64,000 nt of DNA from assembly GCF_006345805.1 (NCBI RefSeq), contig NC_043008.1, positions 29,822,001-29,886,000 of the forward strand. The letters are read 5' to 3'. Below the pieces are notes generated by a model. That model did no database searches. It saw only the letters and a list, made by a program, of their open reading frames with translations, and was not told the DNA's origin. A program made the translations under genes and the position numbers. Below, in pieces: positions 1-14,502 of the stretch (position 1 is its first letter; every line of letters starts with the position of its first letter). The DNA comes from Octopus sinensis (lineage: Eukaryota).

Positions 1-2295
1 CTATCCACACTTCATTTGAATAAACGGACAGCATAAATAAATACAAGCATGCATATATCTAATGTACTTATTTAATGTGCTGATATATACGGTTATGGCA
101 ATCGACACACATGAGACCATTGTGTTCATCTGCCGATGTACGTGGGGACCATTTCGATTTTTATTCAGCTAGTTATCCAAAATAATTATTTTTCTAAATG
201 ATGTGTGGTTATGCTCTCTGATTAGTCACCAATGACCTGAAAACCTAACGCCCCTTATATCTCAGCAAACACCGTTCTGTAAAGACGAATACATGAAAAA
301 GTATCTTACTCACCTTAAAATCAGGAGGGTTACCCTTTGAATGATTTGATCATATTTAATATCGTTATATATTACATCACTATTTCGAAAAAACCAGTCC
401 GAACTTAACTGTTGTTTTTAAAATGATGTTATCGTGAAAACAAGTTAAGTAAAATTTATATTCTACTAATTTCATAGAAATATAAGTTTTACTCCAGGTA
501 ATAGATAAATACATTCAATGATTCACACATATATGTGTGTCTGTGTATGTATACATATGTATGTACAGATACTAGAAAAGTATAAGCAAGAACATATATA
601 TGCGGTGAAGATAAATTTATTTTCATCAGAATGTGATACTCAGAGCCTTTGTAATAAATGTCATAAATATTAATATTGTTTGTGATTTTTTAAACAATGC
701 TATTCAAAATATATTTATCTTAGATAAGCGTTTATCATCTAAATGAATCTAATTTTTCTTTATTTAATTCTAATCGATTAAGATGTTCATATGCCATTAT
801 TTAATCTTGTTCAGTAATATATCTTGTTGATATAAACATATTCTGTAAACGCCACTTGTGACAATATGTAGATAAATGAAGACGTAGAATAATTTACAAA
901 TCTATACTAAGTGATATTACATAACTTTCATATCAATTTCAGGAACGTTATATTAAATTCATATACATCATACATTAGCGAGTGTATTTATGCTATCCAT
1001 TATTGTAAAATTCTTCTCTGAATCAACATTTCTCTTGCTTATGCGAAACATTATATAGTCGATGTAAAATTTGCCAATCAAATTTTATCACAACAGCTAC
1101 TACACTTGATATGAAAATGTATTTGTTTTTATGAAATATTTCTTACTATGAAACATGTTCAACATATTACAGTGCCATAACAACATAAAATTTGTTTCGT
1201 TGGTTTCCAATGGTAGATTGACAGAATTCCTTGCGGTAATATTTTTCCTGCTCGACCTTTCATTCCCAACCTCTCGTTCTCCCCCATCCTCTCTGTAATA
1301 CACACACACACACATACACACATACATACACACACACATACTCTCTCTCTCTCTCTCTCTCTCTTGTACATATACACACACATGCTAGCACACACTCATA
1401 CTCATAATCATACACAAAAACACATTTAAACGCACCTGTAATCAACGTTGATTTTCATTTTTTCAGGATATAGCATAAATACTGCGTTCGAGTTCTCTCA
1501 CAATTCCAACTGTCACTGTATCACATTAATTCAGACTATACAATGAGTTGATAGTTCATGTATCTGTGGAATAATCACTTTCAAACTGAAGTCAAGACAA
1601 AGCATTCAGATGTTTTAAAAACTAATTGGCTTCTACGTCTGACGAAGTATCTACAAAGTAGTGTGTTGACGTACGCCATTTTCCAAGCAATAGCCAACAG
1701 ATGACTTGGAACACGTGCTGAAATCCGCGGCATCTAGAAACACTGCCAAAGCTTTATTGGTAACCTATAGACAGTCTTCTATTAAGCATCGTTTATGAAT
1801 ATGGATATCAATAAGCTCGAACAGAAATAATGTATTAATCACTGTTGATATGAAACTTTGGAACTTATATTTAATGGTCTTATAGCATTATTCATTCACT
1901 CGTAATCTATCCACAACGCTGTCGATTGCAACTAAGATACGTCGTAAGGCCATATGACTGCATCTATTTTAATGTGACTTTAACTTGTTCGAATATTCAT
2001 GATTAATATCTTTCCCTTTCAGGAAGACGGTTATAATCAATCATAGTTAAATAGATGACGTGTCAATTAAGCTGATTAAATAAATATTGCATTATTGAAG
2101 CATATTCAGATTAATTAAGACTTTGTCAGATATTCTATAGTAATTAGATTAATTGATGAATCATTTACACTGTTTTGTCCTGTTACTGGACAATGATCAA
2201 AATGTTAATTTTTCTAATCTATGCTTGCGTAGGTGATTTCTTGTTCCTTTGGCAATAATTATTACGTATATATGTAGATGTGCGTATGCGCGCGC

Positions 2296-2337
<42 letters not shown>

Positions 2338-2972
2338 ATATGTAAGTATATGGAGAAAGAAAGAGAGAAAGAAAAAAGGAGAAATGGGAAAGTGTAGATG
2401 ACAGACTTTTACTTAATTGCTAGACAAGAATTGAAATGATTGTTACTTTATTTCATTTCATAGCCATGACACACTTGCCATCTTTGTTTTGGGGTGAATA
2501 AGTGTGTCCGACATTCCCGTAGTTGAAATTCTTGCAGTCATGTGAGTTTATATCGTATCTCACGTTGACAAATGCCGAATTGATTCAGAATACGTTTTTG
2601 CATACACTTCGCAATTTCTTGGTATTTTCATAGGGTATTCAGAACAAGTGGGCTCTTATAAATTCAGCTGCTACGATATCGAATCATTTCCCTTCAGTGA
2701 ATTAATGGAACGTTTGTTAGTCAAGCAGTGCCGTCCAGTTGTGAGGCTTCTATAGCTTTCATTCCCCTATTTAGGCATGAAGCTCTCCAAAATCATCCAT
2801 ATGTACATATCTAGCTATCTATCTATATCTTTATACACACACACACACACACCACACACACATATATATATATATATTATATATATATATATATAATATA
2901 TATATATATATATCATACATATATATATATACATACATATATATATATATAATATATATATATAATATATAT

Positions 2973-3008
<36 letters not shown>

Positions 3009-4197
3009 CATGTGCTTATACTGTATATATATATATAGAGAGAGAGAGAGGGGGGTACTGTGCAGTGCGACACGTAGCAAAGATCGGGTTCAGTAATAGC
3101 TTTCGTTCTCTACTCTAGTACATGGTGTAGTACGGTACGTGGCTTGAATTTCAGAGTAGAGCAGTGTGCTGATATTGTTACATAACATTTTCAGAATTAT
3201 TATGGAATCTTGCACCTCAACTCATGTGTGTCCGTTTGAGTTGATACAAAATTACGAACACATGCAAACAAAATAACTGAGGTGTGTGATATTGTGCGAG
3301 TGTTAACATAGGTATAAGTATCTGTTATGCATTGCACGCGTGTACATGGCTTTCTCTATAAATCTTAACGTAGGAGACGGTTTATGTAAATATATCTAAG
3401 ATATTTAATCATTCGACAGTACAAGAATGTATAAACATTGAAGAGACATCAATGATGGTCACCAGTTATATGTTTCTGTAAACACGTATAAAAGCAATTG
3501 AATCGCATCTTTATATTACAGTGTATGACTGGATCGTTACATTTTTCAGACACACATCTCACAAGCGCACAAAGACATATAGGCACGCGAGTGTACCCAC
3601 GCACAACTTGACACACTACATGCACAGACACATATATACACGTACGCACACACGCACGCACACACGCGAAAAAACGCGCGTGCACACACGTTACACTCGT
3701 TTAATCCCAGCCCTCCTATCTCTTGGAAGCAACTACATATCTACATACACACATACAAACACACAAACAGATAGTTACAAGACTAATTCTTAGACAGATT
3801 CAAGGCTGACCTTGAAGAGAAAAGAAATATCAGTGATGTGTTCGCGAATAGCGGCGAAAGGACTTTTACAAACAACCAATTGATATTCGTAACCAACACC
3901 TTAAAGAAACGATCGTTTAGTTAGTTGGTTAGATATTTAACAAACTGAATAATTAAGTAGTAATACTGTACAAGTGTGTGCTTTTTATTATTTTTGGTGT
4001 AATGACACTCCCAAGACAAAAAAAAAAAACATTACTAAACTTATTATTCCAATATCTTGGACATGTACATTCATATCACTGTTTGGATGTGATCTAAAAT
4101 GACAAAAGTTTGGTTTCCTGCTTCATTTCCCAAGCTTACACGTTCACACATGCACGCCCATATACCCCACTACACACAAACAAGCACATGTGCACAT

Positions 4198-4626
4198 ATT
4201 ACAACCAGCATACATTTGATGATTAATCATTTATAAAATTGCAGCATAAGAATGCAACGCATATACCGATGCCAACAAATTATCTATAGGCAGAAATTTC
4301 ATCACATGAAACTATAGAAAAGGTTGCAAGACACAATGAAAATTTTAGAAAAATAAAACAGAAATAAGGGGAAAGTTTACCAGTAAGTGTGTTAAATTAT
4401 AAGTAATCAAAAGAGAATGACTCTCCCAAGACACAACAGAATATGCTTCAGCACAGGAACTCACATAAAGATTCTTGCAAACCAAATCCAAAAACGAAAT
4501 ATATATACATATATTCATGCCATGAAATTTCTTCCTATAGATAATTTGTGAGCGTCAGTATATATATTGCATTCTTATGCTGCAATTTTATAAATGATTA
4601 ATCATCATACGTATGCTGATTATAAT
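4198..4626. repeat. Inverted repeat (arms of about 105 bp, spacer about 200 bp); MITE-like or fold-back element
   Basis: 4206-4310 (cagcatacatttgatgattaatcatttataaaattgcagcataagaatgcaa...) is the reverse complement of 4513-4618 with scattered mismatches. Confidence 0.8.
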
Positions 4627-4826
4627 CTCAGAAAATTATATTGAAATTTGTTCCGTTAAATGCACACGTATGACTACTTGTAAAGCATTACCTAATTAAC
4701 TACGGATGTATAAATACGCAGCAAGATGGGACTAATACTGGATTTTGAAACATGCAAATATAAATATATAAATGATTATATACATACATATATGAATATA
4801 TACATGAATATATATATGCATTCACA

Positions 4827-4884
<58 letters not shown>

Positions 4885-4902
4885 CTAAGTGCGTGTATAT
4901 AT

Positions 4903-5289
4903 ACTCTTTCACTCTTTTACTTGTTTCTGTCATTTGACTGCGGCCATGCTGGAGCACCGCTTTTAGTCGAGCAAATCGACCCCAGGACTTATTCTTTGGA
5001 GGCCTAGTACTTATTCTATCGGTCTCTTTTGCCGAACCGCACAGTTACGATAATTTAAACACACCCCCATCGGTTGTCAAGTGATGTTGGGGAGGGGAGA
5101 CACACAAACATATACACACACACACACACACATATAAATATAAACATATATACGACGGGCTTCTTTCAGCTTCCGTCTACCAAATCCACTCACAAGGCTT
5201 TGGTCAGTCCGAAGCTATAGTAGAAGACACTTGCCCAAGGTGCCACATAGTGGGATTGAACCCGGGACAAGCTACTAACCACACAGCCA
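4903..5289 (-). mobile_element. tRNA-derived SINE, family A (octopus-type)
   Basis: Reverse complement of the 22546-23019 copy: tRNA-like head (ggctgtgtgg...gggttcaatccc), gatttggtagacggaa core, internal (CA)n. Confidence 0.85.
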
Positions 5290-6370
5290 ATTAATTTTTA
5301 ATCAATTAACATTGCGTATAATCGTTTCAATTTACACTAAATATAAATTACAAATTATATAACATAATATAATTTGGCATTTTTTAAGACTTTAAGTAAA
5401 ATATCTTCAGGGCATAAAGTGCATTACAGAACCGATGTGTTAGTCAGTGGTAGTATTCCAACAGATTCAATTTTATTGGAATACCTCAACTCATTCGCAT
5501 GTAAATTTCGTAATGTCCTTTATAGCCTGAAGATATTTCGCGGAAAGTCTCAAAAAATGCGAAATGATTTTATCATATACATTTTGCAATTTGTATTGAG
5601 TATAATTGAAATCATAATAGGCAATGATAATTAATTAACAATTAATTTATATCTATTATATCTCTCCATTTTCTTACTAATATTTGATATTTATATAATA
5701 TATATATTAAAGACGTATAACTTCAAAATAAAATGCATTAAACAAGTGTAACTTAGATAAAACTATCCCTGTAAGAGTTTTATATATCATCACAACGACT
5801 ATATATATTGTTGTACATTTATCACTGGCGTGATATGTGACTACTGTTGTACTATAGTTGCTGTTTTACACTCAATGCAACTTCTCATCGGATAGCGTTG
5901 TATCTCTTCGCACTGGAATAGCAATACACCACCTTTGCCTTACTATCGCTGATGCTTCCACAAAACACCGATTAGAAATGTTGATTCCCAACTCTTCGAC
6001 TCTCGACCCTCTGTTGACAACCAGCTAGTGGTCTATTTATAATGACTGGTTCCTACAACTTTTTTACCGGGAGGAGTATACAGTTTCACTGTACATACAC
6101 ATACACACACATATTGTTGTATCTTGAGATGGTCATTTTTTTGTGCCAAATAGACACACATACAATATTTTTTACTCGTTTATTACTGTTATTTTATTAT
6201 TTTAAAGCCTGTCCATAGTCCGGAAATCTTTTTTCACACGTCTGTGACATCTTCAGTGACACTTTTTGTTTCCGTGTGTATTCTCGCTCCACCTACACCA
6301 TTCTGTTCTTTTAATATGTGTATCCTTATGTGCGCATGCATTTGTATTAGGAATTTTTCAAAACGGATTA

Positions 6371-6481
<111 letters not shown>

Positions 6482-6482
6482 G

Positions 6483-6530
<48 letters not shown>

Positions 6531-6555
6531 GGATAGATATAGATATAGATATACA

Positions 6556-6599
<44 letters not shown>

Positions 6600-7113
6600 A
6601 AAACACATATGCTTCATCTTTACGGTAGCAGTTCGAGTTCGATATGAGGCACTCACTAAAAACATTTTTGAGCATATATTTTTCATGTAGACTTTGGTTA
6701 TTTCCGGTCAGGAAGCTATCATCGGTGTCTATAATTACTCTTAATTATATAGGAGACAATACAGGCTGCTCGTCGGGGTCACCTGCCGTCTTTCAAAAGG
6801 TAGATAAGAATAGAATCTTAATTAGCATGGTGGTGAAATATTCCCTGAAACGAAATTCTTCTAATGAAAACCCTCTTGTGAGAGAGACAGAGATATCTCC
6901 CTTCGTACGATTCTAGTTGTGTTGGAAAAGATTCAGTATATATACGGTTTCCGTTCACTCGTCAGCAAAAGCCGAGGTCTATGCTTGCAACATGAATTTT
7001 CTATTGGAGGACACCTACTAATCATATACACAGACACTCGCGTGTGTATACAAGCTTACACACATACACACATACAAACACACACGCTCATAGATGCGTA
7101 TGTACACACAAAC

Positions 7114-7208
<95 letters not shown>

Positions 7209-7225
7209 TACATGTATATATATAT

Positions 7226-7535
7226 CGTGAAGTATATTTGCCACGTAAATGTGGCTTACCCATATGAGACGATGCTACTATATTTTATAACCTCAAGAGG
7301 ACATCTCCTCCAGCTGGTAATGACACACTCTCTGTCTCCAATCGGTATTTGCGAAGTGAAATCATCGTTCACATCTCTAGCCTTACATGATACACATGGG
7401 CCCGGGATTTTGCGGGTTACTAGCCATAGTCTACAGTAGCATCGTCCCATATGGGTCAGCCATATTCAGGTGGCAAATATACTTCACAATGTCGTGCTGC
7501 TACTATTTACATCTTGCTCAGGGATTTATTATTGC
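7226..7535. mobile_element. Non-coding fold-back element, family H1 (relative of the HHR-bearing copies), HHR truncated
   Basis: Inverted arms gtgaagtatatttgccac (7227) / gtggcaaatatacttcac (7470-7487); homologous to 31008, 47645 and 51604 copies; flanked by (TA)n. Confidence 0.8.
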
Positions 7536-7555
7536 TATATATATATATATATATA

Positions 7556-7603
<48 letters not shown>

Positions 7604-7609
7604 AACAAG

Positions 7610-10380
7610 ACAACAAGCATTAACGCAAGGCACACATCTCTAGTTATATGCAATATTATTATAGGAAGTAATGCAAAATCTTACAGGTGTTTTTGGTATA
7701 TCCACCTGTATGGGATATACCTTCATCAGAGACAAATAGGGAAAGCAATAGGGGAAATGTGAATGGTAGAAATGACTAGTAAGGGATTAAGGAGATGGAA
7801 AGAAAGAAGAAAAAGAAGCATAAAATTTCTTAGTTCAACTTTTCGAAGATATAGAAACCACAACGTGAGTCCTCAGCAGCAATCCTGCGTAGATCTATGA
7901 GCATAAGTCTTTAGATGCAATCCTACGTATATCTATGTGGGCAAAAATCATGATATATTGGTCATCCCAAGAGTAGTAGATGTCTGGTAGTCTTAAAGTC
8001 CAAAGTTGTTGGGAAGGAAATTTAGTAGTAACTACTTGTGTCCGTTCAGGCTAAGGACGGTCAGTGGCAGTAGAGTTATTTCTAGCAATGGGGTTATGGG
8101 TATGTAGGTAGTTATGAGTATATAGGCAAACACTAATAGGCAAACTAATACTAAAAATACTAATTATACTTATTATAATTATACTAATTATATATTATAT
8201 TATATTATTATGATTATACTAATTATAATTAATATCATTATACTAATTATATCATAATCACTACAACTAATAATACATATAATTCAACTACTAATAGGAA
8301 TAGCAATAATATTAATATTAACACGAACGGCAACATTATTATTACTTAAAACCGTACCATTATTAACACTCCTGCCAAGAACGCAACTATTAACCATAGC
8401 AATAGCTGCAATATTAATTTCGCTAATACCACCACTAATACTAACACTACTGCTTATGATACTACTACTGCCGCCGCCGCCGCTGCTGCTGCTGCTGCAA
8501 TTACTCCCGCTAATATTACTAATATTACTCGTAATTCTACCAGTACTACTACCATTGTTCCACTTCCATTACTATCACAAACAGCAGTAGCTTTCCTTAA
8601 GTGAATACACGTCATTGATTGGTTGAAATTACCCAAATACGAGACTTTTAACACGAAATAACGTCGAAAATACCAAGTTTTGTGAAAAATGTTCAAATGT
8701 TCAAAGTAAACCGTGATCAGCTTGAGAAGAATACGAAGTATACGATGTTTCAACCTTTTTAGTTTTAACGAAATGATCTGTGAGCCAAATGGAACAGATC
8801 CACTACTGTTGTAATGATAATAATTATTACAACAGCGACGCCGATAATGATAACGACCATGATAAAAAATAATAGTAACGCTGGCATTAATATCGACACT
8901 AGAAACGACAACAATAATAACAGCAATATCACGATCGATTTGCCTAATACCACCACTGCTACTACAAGCACTGTCTCACATCTCTCTCCAATTAAACCAT
9001 CACAGAACCGGTACAGATTGCCCACTGCAGAAGATTCAACGTCGTATACCAATGAACCGTCCACATAGTAATTAACTTCTGTAGCTACTACATTAGATCT
9101 TGCACCAATTTTTAAACAAAGGTATTATGCACATTTAAACTCGTTTAAATATAAGAATACCAATTTCACATCACTAGTCAACCACGACACCATCTAATTA
9201 ATAAAAAAATACAGTATAAAATTTCCTGAGCTATAATAGAGACGGGCACCTTATATCAGTGCCAGCACACCAGTAGTGCATTTCACTTAAAAGAAGCTCA
9301 CAAAATTCTAACCCACAACTCACCACATTTGCTTAATAAACACAACGGGACCTTCACTACCTTCTGCACTTTAAAATTTTTTCATAAATCTAAATGTAAG
9401 CTCACCCCCACTCACATACACAACCCTATGAGCATTAACACATAACGCTTCTATATCTCTATAAATCTTATTTTTACCATTTGCCTTACCCCTATTCTCA
9501 TAACACAATAGGGTAAATACAATTTCTTTAATTTATCCTTAATTCATTTTTACACCTTAACCCAATAAGTCCCCTAATATAAATCTATCAACTCTAACTC
9601 CCACACATAAATAATTTAACATTCAACTAGTTCTTGCATTCTTGACTACCTACACGCCATAACACCATTGCTAAAAATAAATCTACTGCCACTGACCTTA
9701 GCCAGAACGGACACAAGCAGTTACAACTAAATTTCCTCCCCAACAACTTTGGATTTTAAGACTACCTGACATCAACTACACTCTTTAAATTCCTTTCATT
9801 TTGCTCTATTTTTTTACCGTATCTTCCTCTACCTCTTCATCCTCTTATCTTCTCGGCTACCACTTACACAATTCTTAGACACCATACACCTATGCACCTT
9901 ACTTTACCCTATAGCCAATCCCTAAAATCCCCCACCTCACTCTATATACGTCTCTATTTCTTTTCTTTTCTTTCCTCTTACCACTTAATAGCCACATCCA
10001 AGACCATTCTGTTATTGAACGGTGATGTGTTCGCGTCTTTTAACTTGGGATTCCTACTATATCATGATTCTAACCTTCATGGATATACGCAGGATTGCAC
10101 TTAAGCATTTACGCTCGTAGATCTACGCAGGTTTGCTGCTGAGGACTCATGCTGTGGTTTCTATAAATTCGGAAATTTGAACTATGAACTTTTATGCTTC
10201 TTTTTCTTCTTTCTTTCCATCTCCTTATTCTGTTACTCCCTTCCTCTGTGTCGTCATCTCATTAATATATACCATTCACATTTTCCCTGGTGATGGAATA
10301 TCCTAGAAAAAGCTGTAAGATTTTGAATTTCTCCATATAATAATATTCTATACAACTAGAGATATTTACCTTGCCCTCAT
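7610..10380. mobile_element. Decayed Penelope-like element with inverted terminal (pLTR-like) arms
   Basis: 7625-8115 is a diverged reverse complement of 9645-10376 (with internal deletions); each arm has a degenerate hammerhead motif; interior is low-complexity (TAA/ACT/GCT). Confidence 0.6.
7678..7732 (-). ncRNA. Degenerate minimal hammerhead ribozyme motif (GAAA mutated)
   Basis: Minus strand: tct CTGATGA a ggtatatcc catacaggt ggatatacc aAAAAC acct GT A aga; perfect 9-bp stem II. Confidence 0.6.
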
Positions 10381-10590
10381 ATTTTCTGTTCTGTTTCTGT
10401 TCTATTTTCTGTTCTCCATCGGAAATCTAAAATTGCTCCATAACTAACGTCTCGGCTATAACCTTGTAGCCCTAATAATCCGTTACAGCACTTTCCTAGC
10501 GTACCTAATCGTTTAGATGACCTGTGAACTAAACACCCATACTTATATATATGTATATATATATATATATATAAATATATATATATATAC

Positions 10591-10668
<78 letters not shown>

Positions 10669-10680
10669 ATTATATAGAAG

Positions 10681-10733
10681 GAGCTTCTACAGGACTAGAA
10701 CTGTTTCATTCAAGAGAAATCTTCAGGAAGCTT
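10681..10733 (-). ncRNA. Candidate hammerhead ribozyme motif in a short element between (TA)n tracts
   Basis: Minus strand: agcttc CTGAAGA t ttc tctt gaa t GAAAC agttcta GT C ctgta gaagct. Confidence 0.5.
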
Positions 10734-10797
10734 CAATACAGGAAGCTAGTATTGAGTACCTTATTTACTGTGGTTAACCCCGAATCAACCCGGGACC

Positions 10798-10828
<31 letters not shown>

Positions 10829-10829
10829 C

Positions 10830-11127
10830 CTCGTCTGGCCTTATTTACTGCATTAAATGCAACCTATGCGGGATGCTGTATGTAGGACAGACGGGACGCC
10901 GGTTGTCCGACCGTTTCACTGAACACTTGAGGGACGTTCGCCTACATTCTTTTTCTCCCGTCGCACGCCACTTCCGCTCGGCCGGCCATTCCCTAGATGA
11001 CATCTCAGTGTTTGGTCTCGCCCCCCACAATGGTCGCCCACTTTCCAGGCTCCACTTGGAGCAACGCTACATCTTCACTCTACAATCTACCACCCCACAC
11101 GGACTTAACACAGCCCCCTCCTCTTGA
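10830..11127 (+). pseudogene. GIY-YIG endonuclease domain remnant of a Penelope-like element
   Basis: CNLCGMLYVGQTGRRLSDRFTEH...PVARHF...H...LEQRYIFTLQSTTPHGLN matches the PLE C-terminal GIY-YIG pattern (CxxC, Y[IV]GQT, R, E, GLN). Confidence 0.88.
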
Positions 11128-11149
11128 GATCCGTTTTTTTTTCCCGGAC

Positions 11150-13760
11150 ACACCACCCACACACACCCACCCACCTACCTCCCACACGCCTGTTCATACA
11201 CACACATACGTAGACCTATCTACGTACATACATTCACACATTTAATCACACACACTTACAGACATACATGTACACACTAACATACAAACCAACATGCACA
11301 TACACACATACATACATACACACACACATACATACTTACACACACACACACAGACATACATACACACATACACACACACATACATACGCACATACATACA
11401 CACACACTCACACACACACACCGCACGTACATACTTCACACACACACACATGCACACATACATGTAGGCACATACATACATACATACCCACACATGCACA
11501 CCCTTAGACTGAGTGCACACACACATACACCTTTTTGCATCCAGGCAACGCCCCCTCTTTTCTGCTTTCCGGTTTTAGCTGATGGACCCTCGGTTCCCGC
11601 GTAGCGGGGCGTTCGAGGGCCTTTGCGCTCGCGCGCCTTGGCGCGCGCTGGGGGCTTGGTCGGCCCCTTGGGCTTGCGTTGTACTGCTTGTGCGTTGTGT
11701 GCGTGAGCGCGCTTCGTGTGTGTGGGCTTGCTTCGGATGTGCGCGTGCGTAAGTATGCATACATACACACACACACACATACATACATACACACATACAT
11801 ACACACACACATACTTACACACACACACACACACACAACATACCCGCACACACACACACATACATACATACACACACATACCTACTTCAGACATACACAC
11901 ACACAGACATACACCCATACACTCACACTCACACGCATACACACACACACATACACACGCACACGTACACATACACACACACACACACACCTACATACAT
12001 ACATTACACTTGTATACAGACTTACAATCATACACACACACACCTACACAGCCATACCCTCACTCAGACACACACATCTACCTACACACACACAAACACA
12101 CACAGACACACACCCATACATACATACATCTACACACACACGCCTACACACATATATACACACATACATAAACACACACACATACACATACACACACATA
12201 CGCACACACACATATATTTATACACATGCACACACACACATACATACATACACCCATATACATACACACACACATACCTACATACTCCTATACGCACATA
12301 CATACACACAGACATACACACATACACACTCACACAAACATACACACACACATACTTACACACACACTCACCTGCACGCGCATACACATGCATGACAAAC
12401 ACCCATACACTCACACTCACATACGCACACACCAACATAAACACGTACACGCACACACACACCTACACTCCCACACACATACACACGCACCTACATACAC
12501 ACACGCACGCATACACACGCATACACACATACATTACACACGTACACACACACCTACACAGCCATACCCTCACTCAGACACACACATCTACCTACACACA
12601 CACAAACACACACAGACACACACCCATACATACATACATCTACACACACACGCCTACACACATATACACACATACATAAACACACACACACATACACATA
12701 CACACACATACGCACACACACATATATTTATACACATGCACACACACACATACATACATACACCCATATACATACACACACACATACCTACATACTCCTA
12801 TACGCACATACATACACACAGACATACACACATACACACTCACACAAACATACACACACACATACTTACACACACACTCACCTGCACGCGCATACACATG
12901 CATGACAAACACCCATACACTCACACTCACATACGCACACACCAACATAAACACGTACACGCACACACACACCTACACTCCCACACACATACACACGCAC
13001 CTACATACACACACGCACGCATACACACGCATACACACATACATTACACACGTACACACACCTACATACACATGCATACACACACACACACAAACATGCA
13101 CGGACACACCCACACATACATACATACACCTATATACACACGCCCACACACCTACATACACACACATATACACACGCCCACACACCTACATACACACACA
13201 TACATACACACACATACACGGACACACCCATACATACTTACATACATACACCTATACACACACGCCTACACACCTACATACACACACATGCATACACACA
13301 CATGTACGCACATACACACACACATATACGCACATACATATATACCCACACACATGCACACACACACACATACGCACATGCATGCATGCATGCACACGCG
13401 CACACCTACACGCATACACACACACACACGCACGTACACATACATACATACACACACGCATACATACACCCATACACATACATGCATCCTACACACACAT
13501 ACATACACACTCACACATACATACACACACACACACTCACTCACACACATGTATGTACGCGCACACACATGCACATACACACACTTCCCCACACCCACAC
13601 GTACATACATACACACTCATACACACACACACACACACACACACGGACATACATCTATGCACACACATATATACACACATACTCACATACATTCATCGGA
13701 CACACTGCCACCCAGACATACACACAGACACACTCACACATCCACACACATACATACTTA
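11150..13760. repeat. Long degenerate (CA/CATA)n block
   Basis: About 2.5 kb of CA-rich low-complexity sequence; source of the spurious HT/VC-rich ORFs. Confidence 0.95.
12041..13060. repeat. Near-perfect tandem duplication, 510-bp unit x2
   Basis: cacctacacagccataccctcactcagac at 12041 and 12551; downstream sequence repeats at a 510-bp offset. Confidence 0.9.
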
Positions 13761-14502
13761 CGCGCATACTCGCAGGCGCGCGCACACACGCGCTTGCGCC
13801 GGTTCGCGCACGCATACGCGCCGCATGCACCTCGCTCTTGGACCCGACGAGACCTCCCGCCCTTTCCTGGGACCGTCGCTTGTCGTTGGGTTTTCCCACG
13901 CCCGTCTCCGCGGGACCACTCTTCCATCTTCCCCTCAGCTGGAGTCCTTTTTCCTTAACCCCCCCCCCCTTTTTCGTTACACACACGCGCACACATATAC
14001 ACACATTGCTTAAATATATACATTACTCTTACACACATTCAATCTACTCGCCATTAATACTAGCACGACACTGGACACACACACACACTACTACTCAACA
14101 CACGCTGGCACGCTACATACGCCCCCATCCCTTCCCCTCCCTCCCTTCCTCCTTCCTTCTTTTTCTTACTACTGACCTTTGTCTGCTATGCTGACTATTG
14201 TCTCGCCCTACCTCACACGCCTACACACAGACGCACACACTAACACATACATATATTTTTTGTTTTTTATCTCGCCTCACACACACACATACACACACGC
14301 ATACGCACACACTCACACATACACACACATCTGTTGCGTTACCAACCTTGTCTCCACTCTTTTGCCTTTAAAAACCTACTTTGCTCTTGTTATCGTAAAC
14401 TTCCGCCTTTCACCATGTGTAACTCGTAAACACCAGTCGTTTTTTTTCTCTATCCCTGTTGCCCGCTCTGGGATCTTTCTTTCCTCTCTCTTCCTTATTT
14501 AT

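Noticed and set aside
8454-9068. Hydrophobic or Thr/Asn-rich ORFs
   Set aside because: Trinucleotide low-complexity interior of a decayed repeat
11679-14194. Long His/Thr-rich ORFs (238, 595 and 430 aa)
   Set aside because: Translations of CA-rich repeat that cannot contain stops on that strand; open in several frames at once
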